Sequence record: NC_041994.1 | Reading direction: 5' to 3' (one strand) | DNA length: 64,000 nucleotides | Shown: in pieces, positions 26,242 to 35,787 of the stretch | Numbering within the stretch: the stretch's first letter is position 1 | Layout of the letters: every line of letters starts with the position of its first letter | Position numbers and translations under genes: made by a program | The notes under the pieces: generated by a model | Databases searched by the model: none | Seen by the model: only the letters and a program-made list of their open reading frames with translations | Told to the model about the DNA's origin: nothing

Positions 26242-26490
26242 TCAGCAACGCGCTTTGTCGAGCCAGCTTTTCAACGTGTTATCTGCCCAGCGTGGCATAC
26301 GCGCAGTTAGGCAGACATCAGGTTTAGGGAACTTACCACCTTCGATCCAGCGGGTTAACGTGTTACGGTGTACACCTAATTCAGCACAGATCATGCGTGC
26401 ACTGAGGAGCCGCTTGGCGCGAACCAAGAGGCCGGTGGCAGCACTTGTGAACTCGAACTCGGTAAGGTCAGCCTTTTTCTTTCTGGTCAT
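26242..26490 (-). CDS. AlpA/excisionase-like HTH DNA-binding protein
   Basis: LLSARMICAELGVHRNTLTRWIEGGKFPKP.....PRW.....WL matches the AlpA pattern. Confidence 0.75.
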   Translation of the reverse strand: MTRKKKADLTEFEFTSAATGLLVRAKRLLSARMICAELGVHRNTLTRWIEGGKFPKPDVCLTARMPRWADNTLKSWLDKARC

Positions 26491-26530
26491 GACAAAAACC
26501 TCAAAACATGGTCGCCACTGCGACTCCCTT

Positions 26531-26565
26531 GTAATATAAGGCTTGCGTGTAATACATTGCTTAAA
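26531..26565 (-). promoter_or_regulatory. phiKZ-type early promoter motifs (TATATTAC, TGTATTAC)
   Basis: Minus strand reads TTTTTAAGCAATGTATTACACGCAAGCCTTATATTAC, 40 bp upstream of the AlpA-like gene. TATATTAC is the phiKZ early consensus. Confidence 0.65.
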
Positions 26566-26574
26566 AAATGATCA

Positions 26575-26615
26575 ACGGCATAAAGCCCACCCGAAGGTGG
26601 GCTCGCCTTTATGCT
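26575..26615 (-). terminator. Hairpin element after uvsX
   Basis: ACGGCATAAA-GCCCACC-CGAA-GGTGGGC-TCGCCTTTATGC. Confidence 0.7.
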
Positions 26616-28096
26616 GCCATTGGCATGGAGACCGGCAGGGGTTTGGCTCGTGCAGCGAGATCGCCGAGGTTGTGCTTGAGGGCAGCAGCCTTGAGGCGTT
26701 CACGGTCTGCTTCTGGCAACCAGTACGGAGCGTACAGGCCTTTACGCATGCGCAGCAAGTCCATGGTCGACAGGAATGGTTTCGGGAACATGTGTTCTTG
26801 TTCCTTGAAGACCCAGAAGCCACGGGTGTTCAGCAACACGTCCCAATCGTAGCCGATGGCCTTGAGGTCGGCGTACAGCGTAGCCGGGTCGGTGAACACA
26901 CGGTCGCTGTCGGTACGGTGGAACTGGATCAGCTGCAACATCTCAGCTTGGATCTCAGTCACACGGCGCAGCTTCTCGGATTCGTTCAGCTTGGCACGCA
27001 CTGTAGTACGGGTCAAGTTCACGTCAGGTGCCAACGCCAACTGGTAGTTGATGTTGTTACCGTTGAACCCGAATTCATTCTCACGGCAGTAGTACAGCTC
27101 AGTCAGCGATGGCAGGTAGCCTTCGGTCTGAGACATGATCATCGGCATGGCCAAGCCGGTGATACCGCCTTTACCACGCAGGTTCTGAACTTCAAGCAGC
27201 TTGAGGTCGGAGTCGCCCTCCATCGCCGTCTTGTTGTCCAGCGGGAACACTGGCATCTTTTCTTTGTTGACCAGTGGTTTGTTCGACATGATGTCCCAGA
27301 CGTTGTGGGGCATCGAGTAGAAGCCTGGGCCGACACCTTTGATCACGGTGTCTTTCTTCATGTGGCTCAGGTTACGTTTGTCGGTTGGGTACATCTCCAT
27401 GTTGATGATGTCGCCCACGTGGGCGGTCATGATGACGTACGAGCCAGTTTGTGCAACCATGGTCGGCATTTGGTTGAACAGTTGGGTCTTGGCCTTACCC
27501 GAGGTCATGGCGTCAGTGTTGTTCTTACTGTCGCCGATCTTGTTCTTGTCGTACATGTCCTGCACTTCTTTGATCTGGAACTTCGAGAAGCTGTCGATCA
27601 GAAGTGAGGTTGGAATGTACGCTTGGCGGAAGTCACCGTCCTTGTCCAGGAACGGGGTGGTCATGATGTTCTTCTTCGGATCTTTGGTCTTCTCGTAGAC
27701 CGTGTCACGGTAGAGCTTCATCAGGACGTCGCCGGTGTAACGCGACAGGTCGGTGAACGTGTACAGCTCGTCTTCTTCCCAGTTGATCATCGCCAGCTCA
27801 GCAAATGCCATGGAGATGGTCTGGAAGCGCACGATTGGGGACAGCGTACCTTCGGTGTCGTAGATCAAGCCAGCACTGGTCTGGAACGCACGGCGGATCA
27901 TCGCCTGCATGAAGATCGCCAAGGCGGTCTTGAAGTTGTTCGGACGGGATGCGATACCGGTCAGAGGACCTACGCCGCCATTGAAAATGGACTCGCCATT
28001 CTTGCCGAGCTCATAATGGCCTGTTGGAATATCGTACATCCCGCCTACGTTTAGACTGGGACGAAAAAGGGGTTTCTCAATTACTTTGCCAAACAT
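26609..28096 (-). CDS. uvsX: RecA/UvsX-like recombinase (phiKZ gp152-like)
   Basis: LNVGGMYDI.TG, P-loop-like GIASRPNNFKT, YDTEGT, LIDSFS, MTAHVG; start MFGKVIE. Confidence 0.85.
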   Translation of the reverse strand: MFGKVIEKPLFRPSLNVGGMYDIPTGHYELGKNGESIFNGGVGPLTGIASRPNNFKTALAIFMQAMIRRAFQTSAGLIYDTEGTLSPIVRFQTISMAFAELAMINWEEDELYTFTDLSRYTGDVLMKLYRDTVYEKTKDPKKNIMTTPFLDKDGDFRQAYIPTSLLIDSFSKFQIKEVQDMYDKNKIGDSKNNTDAMTSGKAKTQLFNQMPTMVAQTGSYVIMTAHVGDIINMEMYPTDKRNLSHMKKDTVIKGVGPGFYSMPHNVWDIMSNKPLVNKEKMPVFPLDNKTAMEGDSDLKLLEVQNLRGKGGITGLAMPMIMSQTEGYLPSLTELYYCRENEFGFNGNNINYQLALAPDVNLTRTTVRAKLNESEKLRRVTEIQAEMLQLIQFHRTDSDRVFTDPATLYADLKAIGYDWDVLLNTRGFWVFKEQEHMFPKPFLSTMDLLRMRKGLYAPYWLPEADRERLKAAALKHNLGDLAARAKPLPVSMPMAA

Positions 28097-28173
28097 GCGA
28101 TTGGGTCCTTCGCTGGGTGGTATGCAAGCCAACACTTAATAAACACATAGCGTAGGATTGTTTGAAAAAAGAC

Positions 28174-28230
28174 TTGACTCGAATCCTTTTGAGAACTATA
28201 TTGTCTTTGTGATTAGGAAGGCCTAATCAC
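28174..28230 (+). promoter_or_regulatory. Promoter TTGACT-17bp-TATATT plus 5-prime leader hairpin (copy 1)
   Basis: TTGACT 28174-28179, TATATT 28197-28202, hairpin GTGATTAGG-AAGG-CCTAATCAC. Confidence 0.75.
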
Positions 28231-28259
28231 TTCATCAACCTTTCCTCTAAGGGAAAACT

Positions 28260-28691
28260 ATGAAAGCGCTGAAATACCACCAGTACCTGTTGCTCGACGA
28301 GACCTCCGCGGTTGAGTTGAATGACAGCATCGACCAACTGTGGCAGAAGGAATCGAAAGAGGTTTCGACTACCACAACGAAATCGGGGCTGCGCACGCAG
28401 AGCCACTGGAGAAAGCGCAGTATCGAGGACATGACTGAGGAAGCCCTACGGGTCTACTCTGAACTCCTCGCCGCAGAAGTCAGTGATCCAGCACCTGTGG
28501 TGGAATACGAATTCAGGCACGAAGATGTTCTTCACCGTCTGACCAAGTACTCCGCACACATGGTCTACCACGTAACCGCTCCTAAGCTGCAACTGGAACG
28601 GGTGGTGGTAGCCAAAGATGCTGAGACCATGGTTAACCACAGCTACGGGATCGGTGCGCTGTACTACCGATTGGTGACTGACCTCTCGTAA
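28260..28691 (+). CDS. Hypothetical protein, stand-alone transcription unit
   Basis: 143 aa with AAGGG RBS, its own promoter and terminator. Confidence 0.7.
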   Translation: MKALKYHQYLLLDETSAVELNDSIDQLWQKESKEVSTTTTKSGLRTQSHWRKRSIEDMTEEALRVYSELLAAEVSDPAPVVEYEFRHEDVLHRLTKYSAHMVYHVTAPKLQLERVVVAKDAETMVNHSYGIGALYYRLVTDLS

Positions 28692-28698
28692 TTAGACT

Positions 28699-28730
28699 GG
28701 GCACCTTCGGGTGCCCTTTCTTTTTTCTTT
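28699..28730 (+). terminator. Intrinsic terminator
   Basis: GGGCACC-TTCG-GGTGCCC followed by TTTCTTTTTTCTTT. Confidence 0.85.
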
Positions 28731-28773
28731 TGGTTATCCTATGAACTGAGCCACCCACGCCAAGGTATCTACC

Positions 28774-29679
28774 ATGTCGCTGCTGACACAATATGCAAAC
28801 CCTGTGGAAGAGGAAGAAGTCCTCGATCCAACCGATGCTGAGCCCGAATCCAATGGCCTTGGCGACCTGCTCGAACTGTTCGAGACCGTCTCTGAAGAAG
28901 CGTTCAGCGTCGGTGATCTGAATAGCTGGCTGCAACGCAAAGCGGCTACCATCAGCGCTGCTGTACGCGACCAGTTCCGTGTGATGACCACCTGGAACTT
29001 CCGCAAGCCTGAAGTGATCAACATCCAGCCACTGACCCGTTCGCTGTCGACGTACCAGTACACCGACATCACCGAACTCGAAGTCTACGTACCCGTTGGC
29101 TTCCAACACCAGCTTCAGTGGTACTGCAACGTCCTGACGAATTTCTCCCAGCCTCTGGCCAGCGGTGCGTTGGCTGACGTGTTGTTCCCGTCGCAGAAGT
29201 GCTTCTCGTACTACATCAACAACCTGTCTGAGTCCAACGAATCGCGCGAGCTGATCTGCAAGCCGAAAGTGACTACGGCAGACCTGACCAAGGTGATCGA
29301 AGGTGAAGCTGAATACTTCATCCAAGGTAACCACCGTTCGACCGCGCCACTGGGCGATGTCTACGAGAACAAAGCTGCGATCATCACCGTGGCTGACATG
29401 GTCAACAAACTGAACCACAGCCTGTGGCAGCTCGTACCGCCGCAGAAGGTGAAGGATGAGACCGATAAGTTGGTCAAGCTCTCCACCACGCTGCTGGGTA
29501 TGCTGGAAGGCTCCAAGGATCAAGTGAACCCGGTGTTCATCAAGTCCTTGATGGGGCAGCTGTACGACGTGGGTAAATTCATCGAGTGGTACGCTACTCT
29601 GATGACCCGCATGTCTGACCTGACCTCGGCCATCAAGATGAACGAGAAGATCTTGCTCGACATCCAGAAAGCGCCGTAA
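28774..29679 (+). CDS. Inner head protein (phiKZ gp153-like)
   Basis: Acidic N-terminal propeptide ending VSEEAF (S-x-E protease-type site); YVP.GF motif; helical body. Confidence 0.7.
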   Translation: MSLLTQYANPVEEEEVLDPTDAEPESNGLGDLLELFETVSEEAFSVGDLNSWLQRKAATISAAVRDQFRVMTTWNFRKPEVINIQPLTRSLSTYQYTDITELEVYVPVGFQHQLQWYCNVLTNFSQPLASGALADVLFPSQKCFSYYINNLSESNESRELICKPKVTTADLTKVIEGEAEYFIQGNHRSTAPLGDVYENKAAIITVADMVNKLNHSLWQLVPPQKVKDETDKLVKLSTTLLGMLEGSKDQVNPVFIKSLMGQLYDVGKFIEWYATLMTRMSDLTSAIKMNEKILLDIQKAP

Positions 29680-29681
29680 GG

Positions 29682-29723
29682 CGACATAGGCCCCTCCCGC
29701 TCTGGGAGGGGCTTTATGCCGTT
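29682..29723. terminator. Bidirectional hairpin element
   Basis: CATAG-GCCCCTCCC-GCTCT-GGGAGGGGC-TTTATGCCG. Confidence 0.75.
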
Positions 29724-32226
29724 AGCCAAACTTGACGGTACGGTTGTACACAGGAGGCAAGGTAATGTTGGTTGGGTCCAACACCACCACCTCAGCATGG
29801 TTAAACGCACCATGTGTCGAACTGAAGTGCGAGATGTAGAAGATCTGCGACACTTCACCCAGCTCTACCAGTTTGTTCAAGAACGGAATCAAGTTCTGAC
29901 GGTGTTGCTCATCGAACGTGTTACCGAACTCATCCAGTGGCAGTGGATAGTCTTCAAGCCCCAAGAACTTCATGAGGATCAACTTGAACGCAAAGTTCAC
30001 CACGTCTTTCTGCGAACTACTACCCCGTGCGATGTCAGGTGCAATCACTGCACCATTGCGTACGTTGAGTGGGAAGTTATAATCGAGTTCGTCTTTGTCC
30101 ACCTTAGAAGGCAATACCTCCATCGGGTAGGTCCAGAGCTCCTCAATGATCGCGTTAAGCAACTTTACGATCTTCTGCATGAAACCCATCAAGTAACGAC
30201 CAATCAACCCGTCAGTGGGCGACAGGGCCTTGCTGATGAGTTGCATGTCTGCGTACCATTCCTGCGCTTCCTTGTGTTCCCGCTCAATATCCTTAAGCGT
30301 GTTCTCCCGGAGTTCATACCTGTGCAGTGTGGCTTGCAGATCCGACAGCTTCAAGCTGGTGTGTTTGATCTCTTCGTCATAACCCAGTTTCACCAGATCG
30401 ACGATTTGATCATTCACGATACGCATGTAGTCTTCGAGCTCGGCTTGCAGCAAGTCAGTCTGTGCGTTATAACGATCGACCTCAGCTGCCGATGCCCGCA
30501 ACTCACGTGCCTGTTGAGCCAACACGTGTTGCTGGTCAGCCGTCTCAGTGATTGCCCGCTCCAGACCCTCTTGACGACGCTTCATGTAGTCAATACTACC
30601 GCTATCAATCGACTCGTACCGATCCAGCCGCTCCTTGATGCCAGCAATGCGCTGTGATGCCTCAGTTAGCTCGATGTAAGCGGTTTGAGCCGATTGCCAC
30701 GTAATGGCACTGGTTAGATGCTTACGTGGCTCTATGAACATCACACGACGTTCTACGCAATAGTCCCAGACTGGCTTATAGACTTCATACTGACGAACGA
30801 TTTGCCGGAATCGGTTGATGTAAGTCAGGTAGTCGTCATAGCTGTTGATGTACGCTTCCAGTTCTACCTGTTCAGCTTCAAGTCGCTCGATCGTAGAACC
30901 GAGTTCCTTACAGGTCTTCTCTGTCAGTCGCACGTCTTCAGGGGATTGACCCGGCACGAAGCTGTGGGTACAATCTGGGCACACGACTTCAGCACAACCG
31001 CGCATCTGTGCGAGACGTTGGGTTGCAGCACTGTGACGATCACTGAGGCTGTGCAGACGCACTTTGTTCTCAGCGAAGGTCAACCGGGCCTGCTTACCGC
31101 GTTCATGACTGAAGTGATCATCAAGGTTAGTTGGGAACTCTTGAATCAACGTGGTCCACACGCCCATCATCTCACCCAGCATTGCTTTGGAGTGTGGGAA
31201 GACCTCATGAGTGATCAGTGGGAACGGACCGTTGTATTCGAGTACGATTGCCGTGAACGCCTTGGCTTGTTCAGCCAGTCGATTGATCTCAACGCGCATC
31301 TCTTCGATCTGCTCAGGCGTACCGAAGTCAGACACTGGTACGACTTGACGCGCCACGTCTTCTAACTCAACCGCCAACTCTTCCAACCGGTGCTTAGCCG
31401 CTTGTGCGGTGTGCTCAATAACGCTGATGCGACTCTCGATCACACTACGGCCACGGACGCCATAAAACGCAGCGATGTTTGGATGGCTTTCCAGATGACG
31501 TTTGGTCTTGTCATGGATCTGTTTATAGCGACCCTGTAGACTGACCACGTTCGAACGGGACAGTGGTTCATTCCCCCGAGTGCGGTACAGCTCTTGCAGT
31601 CGGTTGGTGAGCTCAGTGATCTGCGTACGGTAACTGGCCATCTCACCGTCGTTCGGCAAGTCGATGTTCTCGTTCGCCATCCGCTTAGCTTTGTGGTTGA
31701 TCACCCCACGGGCATCGCTGATGTAGTTCTTGACCTGACCGAATTTACCGAAAGCAAACGACAGATCCATCGGGAACAATCGGGTCAACCACTCACGACG
31801 CTTGGAAGTCTGCATAGCGCTAAAGGGCGTCAGACCGATAAGCACTTCGTGAATAGCCCGATCCATTTTCAGGATACGGAACACCAACTCTTTCTGAACG
31901 GCAAAGGTGCCACCCGGATTGAGGTTGTGTGCTTCATCCATCCCGTCACAATAGAACTTGTGCTTACCCGTACCCCGACCTGAGTATTCAGAGATCAGGA
32001 CATAATGGTGGTTGTTGTGTACGCAGTGAAATTCTTTAACGCCACCTGCTTCAAACTGTTCGTGGTGTGCAGGGCATGGGGTGAGTTCCTCGACCACCGA
32101 CGACTTACCAGAGCCGTTACTGCCCAGCAACAGCATAATGTTCGTACCCGGCACCCATTCGAAATAGCGGATGTTGGACAACATCAAACGCTTGTAGTTC
32201 TTAAGGATGAATTTGGTGATCTTCAT
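29722..32226 (-). CDS. sbcC: SbcC/Rad50-like ABC ATPase (phiKZ gp165-like)
   Basis: Walker A GSNGSGKS, coiled coils, Zn-hook CPDC, signature GSSSQ, Walker B LPLDEFG. Confidence 0.9.
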   Translation of the reverse strand: MKITKFILKNYKRLMLSNIRYFEWVPGTNIMLLLGSNGSGKSSVVEELTPCPAHHEQFEAGGVKEFHCVHNNHHYVLISEYSGRGTGKHKFYCDGMDEAHNLNPGGTFAVQKELVFRILKMDRAIHEVLIGLTPFSAMQTSKRREWLTRLFPMDLSFAFGKFGQVKNYISDARGVINHKAKRMANENIDLPNDGEMASYRTQITELTNRLQELYRTRGNEPLSRSNVVSLQGRYKQIHDKTKRHLESHPNIAAFYGVRGRSVIESRISVIEHTAQAAKHRLEELAVELEDVARQVVPVSDFGTPEQIEEMRVEINRLAEQAKAFTAIVLEYNGPFPLITHEVFPHSKAMLGEMMGVWTTLIQEFPTNLDDHFSHERGKQARLTFAENKVRLHSLSDRHSAATQRLAQMRGCAEVVCPDCTHSFVPGQSPEDVRLTEKTCKELGSTIERLEAEQVELEAYINSYDDYLTYINRFRQIVRQYEVYKPVWDYCVERRVMFIEPRKHLTSAITWQSAQTAYIELTEASQRIAGIKERLDRYESIDSGSIDYMKRRQEGLERAITETADQQHVLAQQARELRASAAEVDRYNAQTDLLQAELEDYMRIVNDQIVDLVKLGYDEEIKHTSLKLSDLQATLHRYELRENTLKDIEREHKEAQEWYADMQLISKALSPTDGLIGRYLMGFMQKIVKLLNAIIEELWTYPMEVLPSKVDKDELDYNFPLNVRNGAVIAPDIARGSSSQKDVVNFAFKLILMKFLGLEDYPLPLDEFGNTFDEQHRQNLIPFLNKLVELGEVSQIFYISHFSSTHGAFNHAEVVVLDPTNITLPPVYNRTVKFG

Positions 32227-32292
32227 GTTCTGAATGATCCAGCTCAATGGTTATATACAAGAGAGCTCCTGCGTATTTTTAAGAGGTCGGCC

Positions 32293-33102
32293 ATGGAGAG
32301 TGTTTTCAAACTCTACAGCATTGGTTATGTTGCAGAGAACAAACCACGCACAGATCGCCATGTCAACGTCATGGCGGTTGAAGATGCGGGTGCCACTGAT
32401 GGTGAAGTCACCTTCAACCCACAGAAAGAAACCCTCAAGGGTACGGACAAAGACGGTAAGCAATACGACGTCGTCACGACTACTGACAGCACGCTGAACT
32501 GTGAGTGGCTGCCTTCGGGTTCAAACCGCTTTACACCTCCTGACGTGGTACGGGGTGAGCTGGTTGAGATCTTCCGTATGGGAGACACGGATCAGTACTA
32601 CTGGCGCTGCATGGGGTTGCGCGATAACCTGCGCACGCTGGAGACCGTGATCTACGCCTTCAGTGCCACCCCTACCGCCGGTACTGGCCCATTGGACCTT
32701 ACCCGCTGCTACTACCTAGAGATCTCGACCCACGAAGGTCTGGTGACGTTCTCAACGGCACAGGCGAATGGCGAGCCTTTCCTGTTCACCACACAGTTCA
32801 ACACCAAAGAGGGCACGTTCCTTCTGACCGACGACATTGATAACAGCTTCTTCCTCGACTGCAAAGAGCGGTGGTGGAAGATGATGAATGCCGACGGTGC
32901 GTTCATGGAGATCAACAAGAAGAAGATCGCTATGAAAGCCGACGAAGAAATCAGCATGACCTGCGGTGAATCGACGTACGTTATGAAGCCTGCTGACATC
33001 TCCATGAAGTCCACACGCGTCCATGTGGATGGTGGTGGCACTACGTGGGAACAGGTGGGTGCTGGTCTTACCGTGTCTGGTCCTAAATACACCTTTGCGT
33101 AG
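32293..33102 (+). CDS. Baseplate central spike protein (phiKZ gp164-like)
   Basis: OB-like N-terminal part (CEWLP..SNR.TPPDV.RGE.V.I) followed by short beta-strand repeats; directly upstream of the PAAR gene. Confidence 0.8.
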   Translation: MESVFKLYSIGYVAENKPRTDRHVNVMAVEDAGATDGEVTFNPQKETLKGTDKDGKQYDVVTTTDSTLNCEWLPSGSNRFTPPDVVRGELVEIFRMGDTDQYYWRCMGLRDNLRTLETVIYAFSATPTAGTGPLDLTRCYYLEISTHEGLVTFSTAQANGEPFLFTTQFNTKEGTFLLTDDIDNSFFLDCKERWWKMMNADGAFMEINKKKIAMKADEEISMTCGESTYVMKPADISMKSTRVHVDGGGTTWEQVGAGLTVSGPKYTFA

Positions 33103-33113
33103 AGGTTGTTCTG

Positions 33114-33380
33114 ATGCCCAACGTATCGCTCGTAGGACAGTCCGAAGCCGGAGGCGTCATCAGTGGGCCGGGGTCAGCTAAGATGTCCGTAGCTGGCCTC
33201 CCAGTGTCTCTGGTGGGGGACGATGTCAACAACCACGGTCCGGGTTTGCATGCCGGTCCTAAAATGGTCAGTGGTTCTGCTAAAATGACAGTCGGTGGTA
33301 TCCCTGTCGTGATCCAAGGCAGTGCTGCAAGTTGTGGTCATACCGCCAGTGGTAACCCGAAGATGGTTATCGGCAGTTGA
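33114..33380 (+). CDS. PAAR-repeat spike tip protein
   Basis: GLPVSLVGD.V..HG...H and GIPVVIQGS.ASCGH: PAAR motifs with His/Cys metal ligands. Confidence 0.88.
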   Translation: MPNVSLVGQSEAGGVISGPGSAKMSVAGLPVSLVGDDVNNHGPGLHAGPKMVSGSAKMTVGGIPVVIQGSAASCGHTASGNPKMVIGS

Positions 33381-33421
33381 CGGCATAGCGCCCTCCCCTT
33401 GTGAGGGAGGGCCTTTATGCC
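33381..33421. terminator. Bidirectional hairpin element
   Basis: CGGCATAGC-GCCCTCCC..GGGAGGGC-CTTTATGCC. Confidence 0.75.
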
Positions 33422-33424
33422 ACT

Positions 33425-33844
33425 TCAAGCTGTGCGTTGGGGTATGGGGCACTGCTCATGGGCGCAGTACATCATCAGGTTATTGATGTCCTGCTTGAGT
33501 GCCTCGTCGTCTGCATACTTCAGCCAGCAGGGGGTGTTCTTGAGCACACGTCCAACGTAATACTCAAAACGCTCCCCATCGATCCGATGGATCGGCAGAA
33601 TATGACTCCAGAGGTAAGGGGCGACAAACACAGAGAACTGCATGTGCCCCACATGCCGTGTGAGACCGAAGACTTCATTTACCTGAGTAAGACGCTCTTT
33701 GTCATCCTCATTGCATTCCGCAAACCGCGCGTAAAGCGACGAGAGCAGACTCATGCGTCTGAAGTCTACCGGCGTTCGGTTCCATAAAGCAATCCAGCCG
33801 CGCTCCAGCACGCCGGGCCGCTTCTGCTGCGTTGGTAGTTGCAT
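33425..33844 (-). CDS. Hypothetical protein
   Basis: 139 aa, co-oriented and 15 bp downstream of RNase H. Confidence 0.6.
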   Translation of the reverse strand: MQLPTQQKRPGVLERGWIALWNRTPVDFRRMSLLSSLYARFAECNEDDKERLTQVNEVFGLTRHVGHMQFSVFVAPYLWSHILPIHRIDGERFEYYVGRVLKNTPCWLKYADDEALKQDINNLMMYCAHEQCPIPQRTA

Positions 33845-33859
33845 AATTGGTTGCCTTCG

Positions 33860-35338
33860 TTATTTCTTGAGAATGAACTGCGTGTAAGGACATGTGTACA
33901 TCAACACGCCCTCTTTCGAGTCCACTACGGTTGTGAAGGAATAGCACAGCGGACCACTGGCAACGACTAGGACTGAGACTTTCGGCTCAGACTCAGCAAT
34001 ACGTGCCAAGGTATTACGAACCGGAATATCCAGCCCCAGTACCAATTTAAGCTTTGTTTCAACGCCACTCACCACAGCAGGGATTTCGATGACTGACGTG
34101 TTATTGGTTATGGTCGCGTGCAGTTTATTAACGGGCTTCTTCTTGCCCTCTTGATGGATGTAGTAAAGCTGATCAGTGATATCAATCACCGTCACAGCTT
34201 TACCCACTGTTCCGTTACAGTAATCGTCCAACTGCTGTTTGAGCACGCCGAAAAGTTTGACTGCTTCATACGCTTGCTTGGGCGGACTCAGAGTCTTACT
34301 CACCAGCGTATCGTCGGGGCCTACTGTAGCCTGTATGTTCTTGAGTTTGGCGAAACCAGCGTTTCCCATCTCCATGTACCGCTTACGGAAATTCGGCGTC
34401 AGGACGTTGTCCAAACGCAGCACCGCCGGTTGCGAGTACGCAGTGACATGATCCTTCCGGTGGTTATCCATTAACTCTTCCAGGTAAGGGTCACGCTCTG
34501 GGGTCTTGAGAACGCAGAAGACGGCTTCTGCCAAGCGACGTCCTAGAATCAGATCGGTCTTCGCGATCTTCTCCAGTGCCGAGTCTGTCTGTTTGTGGCC
34601 GTACGAATGTGCACGGCCCAGCGAGTACATGCAGTAGTAGTTGCCCATTTCGAGCGGTAGAGGGGCAGCCACGTCGAATAGCAACCGCGTCCGTTGAATC
34701 AACGGATTGGCGGGTTCGATCTTATTGGCCTGCACGATCTCTTTATAGGAGACCACGACTTTGTCGGTGCGATAGGCTGAGCCTAGGAGAGCGTTACCAT
34801 CTGCGGCTTCATTGCCACGATGACCAGCATGGCCCTTGATCCACTCGATCTCAAGGTTCCGGCCTTCTGCCAGCCAAGCGTCTTTAACGCTGATGAGCTG
34901 TTCCCAGTACTCACGGTTAGCGACGGGTGAACCGTCGGGCTTAATCCAGTCGTTCTTGATCCACTTCGGCACGCTACGGAACAGGTTGTCCTGCACGTAC
35001 TTACTGTCAGTGTAGACCAACAACTTCTGGACGTCTGCTTCTTTGGCTAGACCAAAGGTTTCAATTACAGCTTGCATCTCAGCGACGTTGTTCGTCACCT
35101 TCCGGGCGGGGACGGTAGCGTAAGCATCCACGTAGGCCACGACAGCCGAACTCTTAGCGAGCTCGACCTCTTTGTAGCCTTTGGGGGTTGGCAGTTGTTT
35201 TTCCCCCTTCGCGTGCTCCAGTGCACCTGCGGTGTACACGTAAGCATGTACACCCCAACCGGCGAGACCACGACGGAAACTGCCGTCGGCGTAGGCAACC
35301 ATTCCTACTTTAGTGATCTCTGTCGAGTCAGTGCTCAT
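33860..35338 (-). CDS. rnhA: RNase HI with long C-terminal extension (phiKZ gp155-like)
   Basis: YADGS, TNNVAEMQA, YTDSKYV, WIKGHAGHRGNEAAD: all RNase HI catalytic motifs. Confidence 0.92.
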   Translation of the reverse strand: MSTDSTEITKVGMVAYADGSFRRGLAGWGVHAYVYTAGALEHAKGEKQLPTPKGYKEVELAKSSAVVAYVDAYATVPARKVTNNVAEMQAVIETFGLAKEADVQKLLVYTDSKYVQDNLFRSVPKWIKNDWIKPDGSPVANREYWEQLISVKDAWLAEGRNLEIEWIKGHAGHRGNEAADGNALLGSAYRTDKVVVSYKEIVQANKIEPANPLIQRTRLLFDVAAPLPLEMGNYYCMYSLGRAHSYGHKQTDSALEKIAKTDLILGRRLAEAVFCVLKTPERDPYLEELMDNHRKDHVTAYSQPAVLRLDNVLTPNFRKRYMEMGNAGFAKLKNIQATVGPDDTLVSKTLSPPKQAYEAVKLFGVLKQQLDDYCNGTVGKAVTVIDITDQLYYIHQEGKKKPVNKLHATITNNTSVIEIPAVVSGVETKLKLVLGLDIPVRNTLARIAESEPKVSVLVVASGPLCYSFTTVVDSKEGVLMYTCPYTQFILKK

Positions 35339-35389
35339 CTTGCGGCATCCTTAAATGGGTAAACTACACTATTTTGGGGATGCGTAGAT

Positions 35390-35785
35390 CTATCCCTTAC
35401 ACCCCGAAAGGTGTCGACGGTGCGCTTCATCAAGGACTTTGCGCTCAGTTTTAATCAAGGCGCGTAGTTCTTTGATGTAGCTGGCGATGCCATCTTCCAC
35501 CCGGGTGTCACCGAGGTTGCTGAAATCAGGCTGCACTGGCAACGTCTGACGTGTGGGGATTACAAACGGGTTACACCCCGTCTGAACAATAGCCCGCTCC
35601 TTGGGAACCTCCGTCTTGATGATCAGAGGTGGCTGCGGTTTATCCTTCCCCACAGTTTGAGTTGATAGATGAGTAGTCTTGATTTCGGTGGTGTGATACA
35701 CGGCGGTGGATTGCCGTGCATCGATCACCACACAACCCGGTAACACACCGAGCAGGAGGCCACAGGCCAGCTTAACAAGGCGCAT
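35390..35785 (-). CDS. Putative lipoprotein (o-spanin-like)
   Basis: MRLVKLACGLLLGVLPGC lipobox-like signal; Pro-rich middle; C-terminal amphipathic helix ending in CKG. Confidence 0.6.
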   Translation of the reverse strand: MRLVKLACGLLLGVLPGCVVIDARQSTAVYHTTEIKTTHLSTQTVGKDKPQPPLIIKTEVPKERAIVQTGCNPFVIPTRQTLPVQPDFSNLGDTRVEDGIASYIKELRALIKTERKVLDEAHRRHLSGCKG

Positions 35786-35787
35786 TG

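Noticed and set aside
26242-26490. Prophage or integrative element implied by the AlpA/Xis-like gene
   Set aside because: No integrase or att-like repeat seen; flanks are core jumbo-phage genes.
26609-28096. Non-canonical P-loop (SRPNNFKT) as an inactive RecA
   Set aside because: Divergent Walker A motifs are expected in phiKZ-like UvsX proteins; other motifs are intact.
29722-32226. SMC-like ATPase as an anti-phage or Wadjet-type system
   Set aside because: Matches the conserved jumbo-phage SbcC-like protein; no defence partners adjacent.
32293-33380. Spike plus PAAR as a type VI secretion locus
   Set aside because: Standard contractile-tail components; no T6SS membrane genes or effectors.
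33860-35338. RNase H C-terminal extension as a novel fusion
   Set aside because: Long RNase H of this kind is already known in phiKZ-like phages (gp155).
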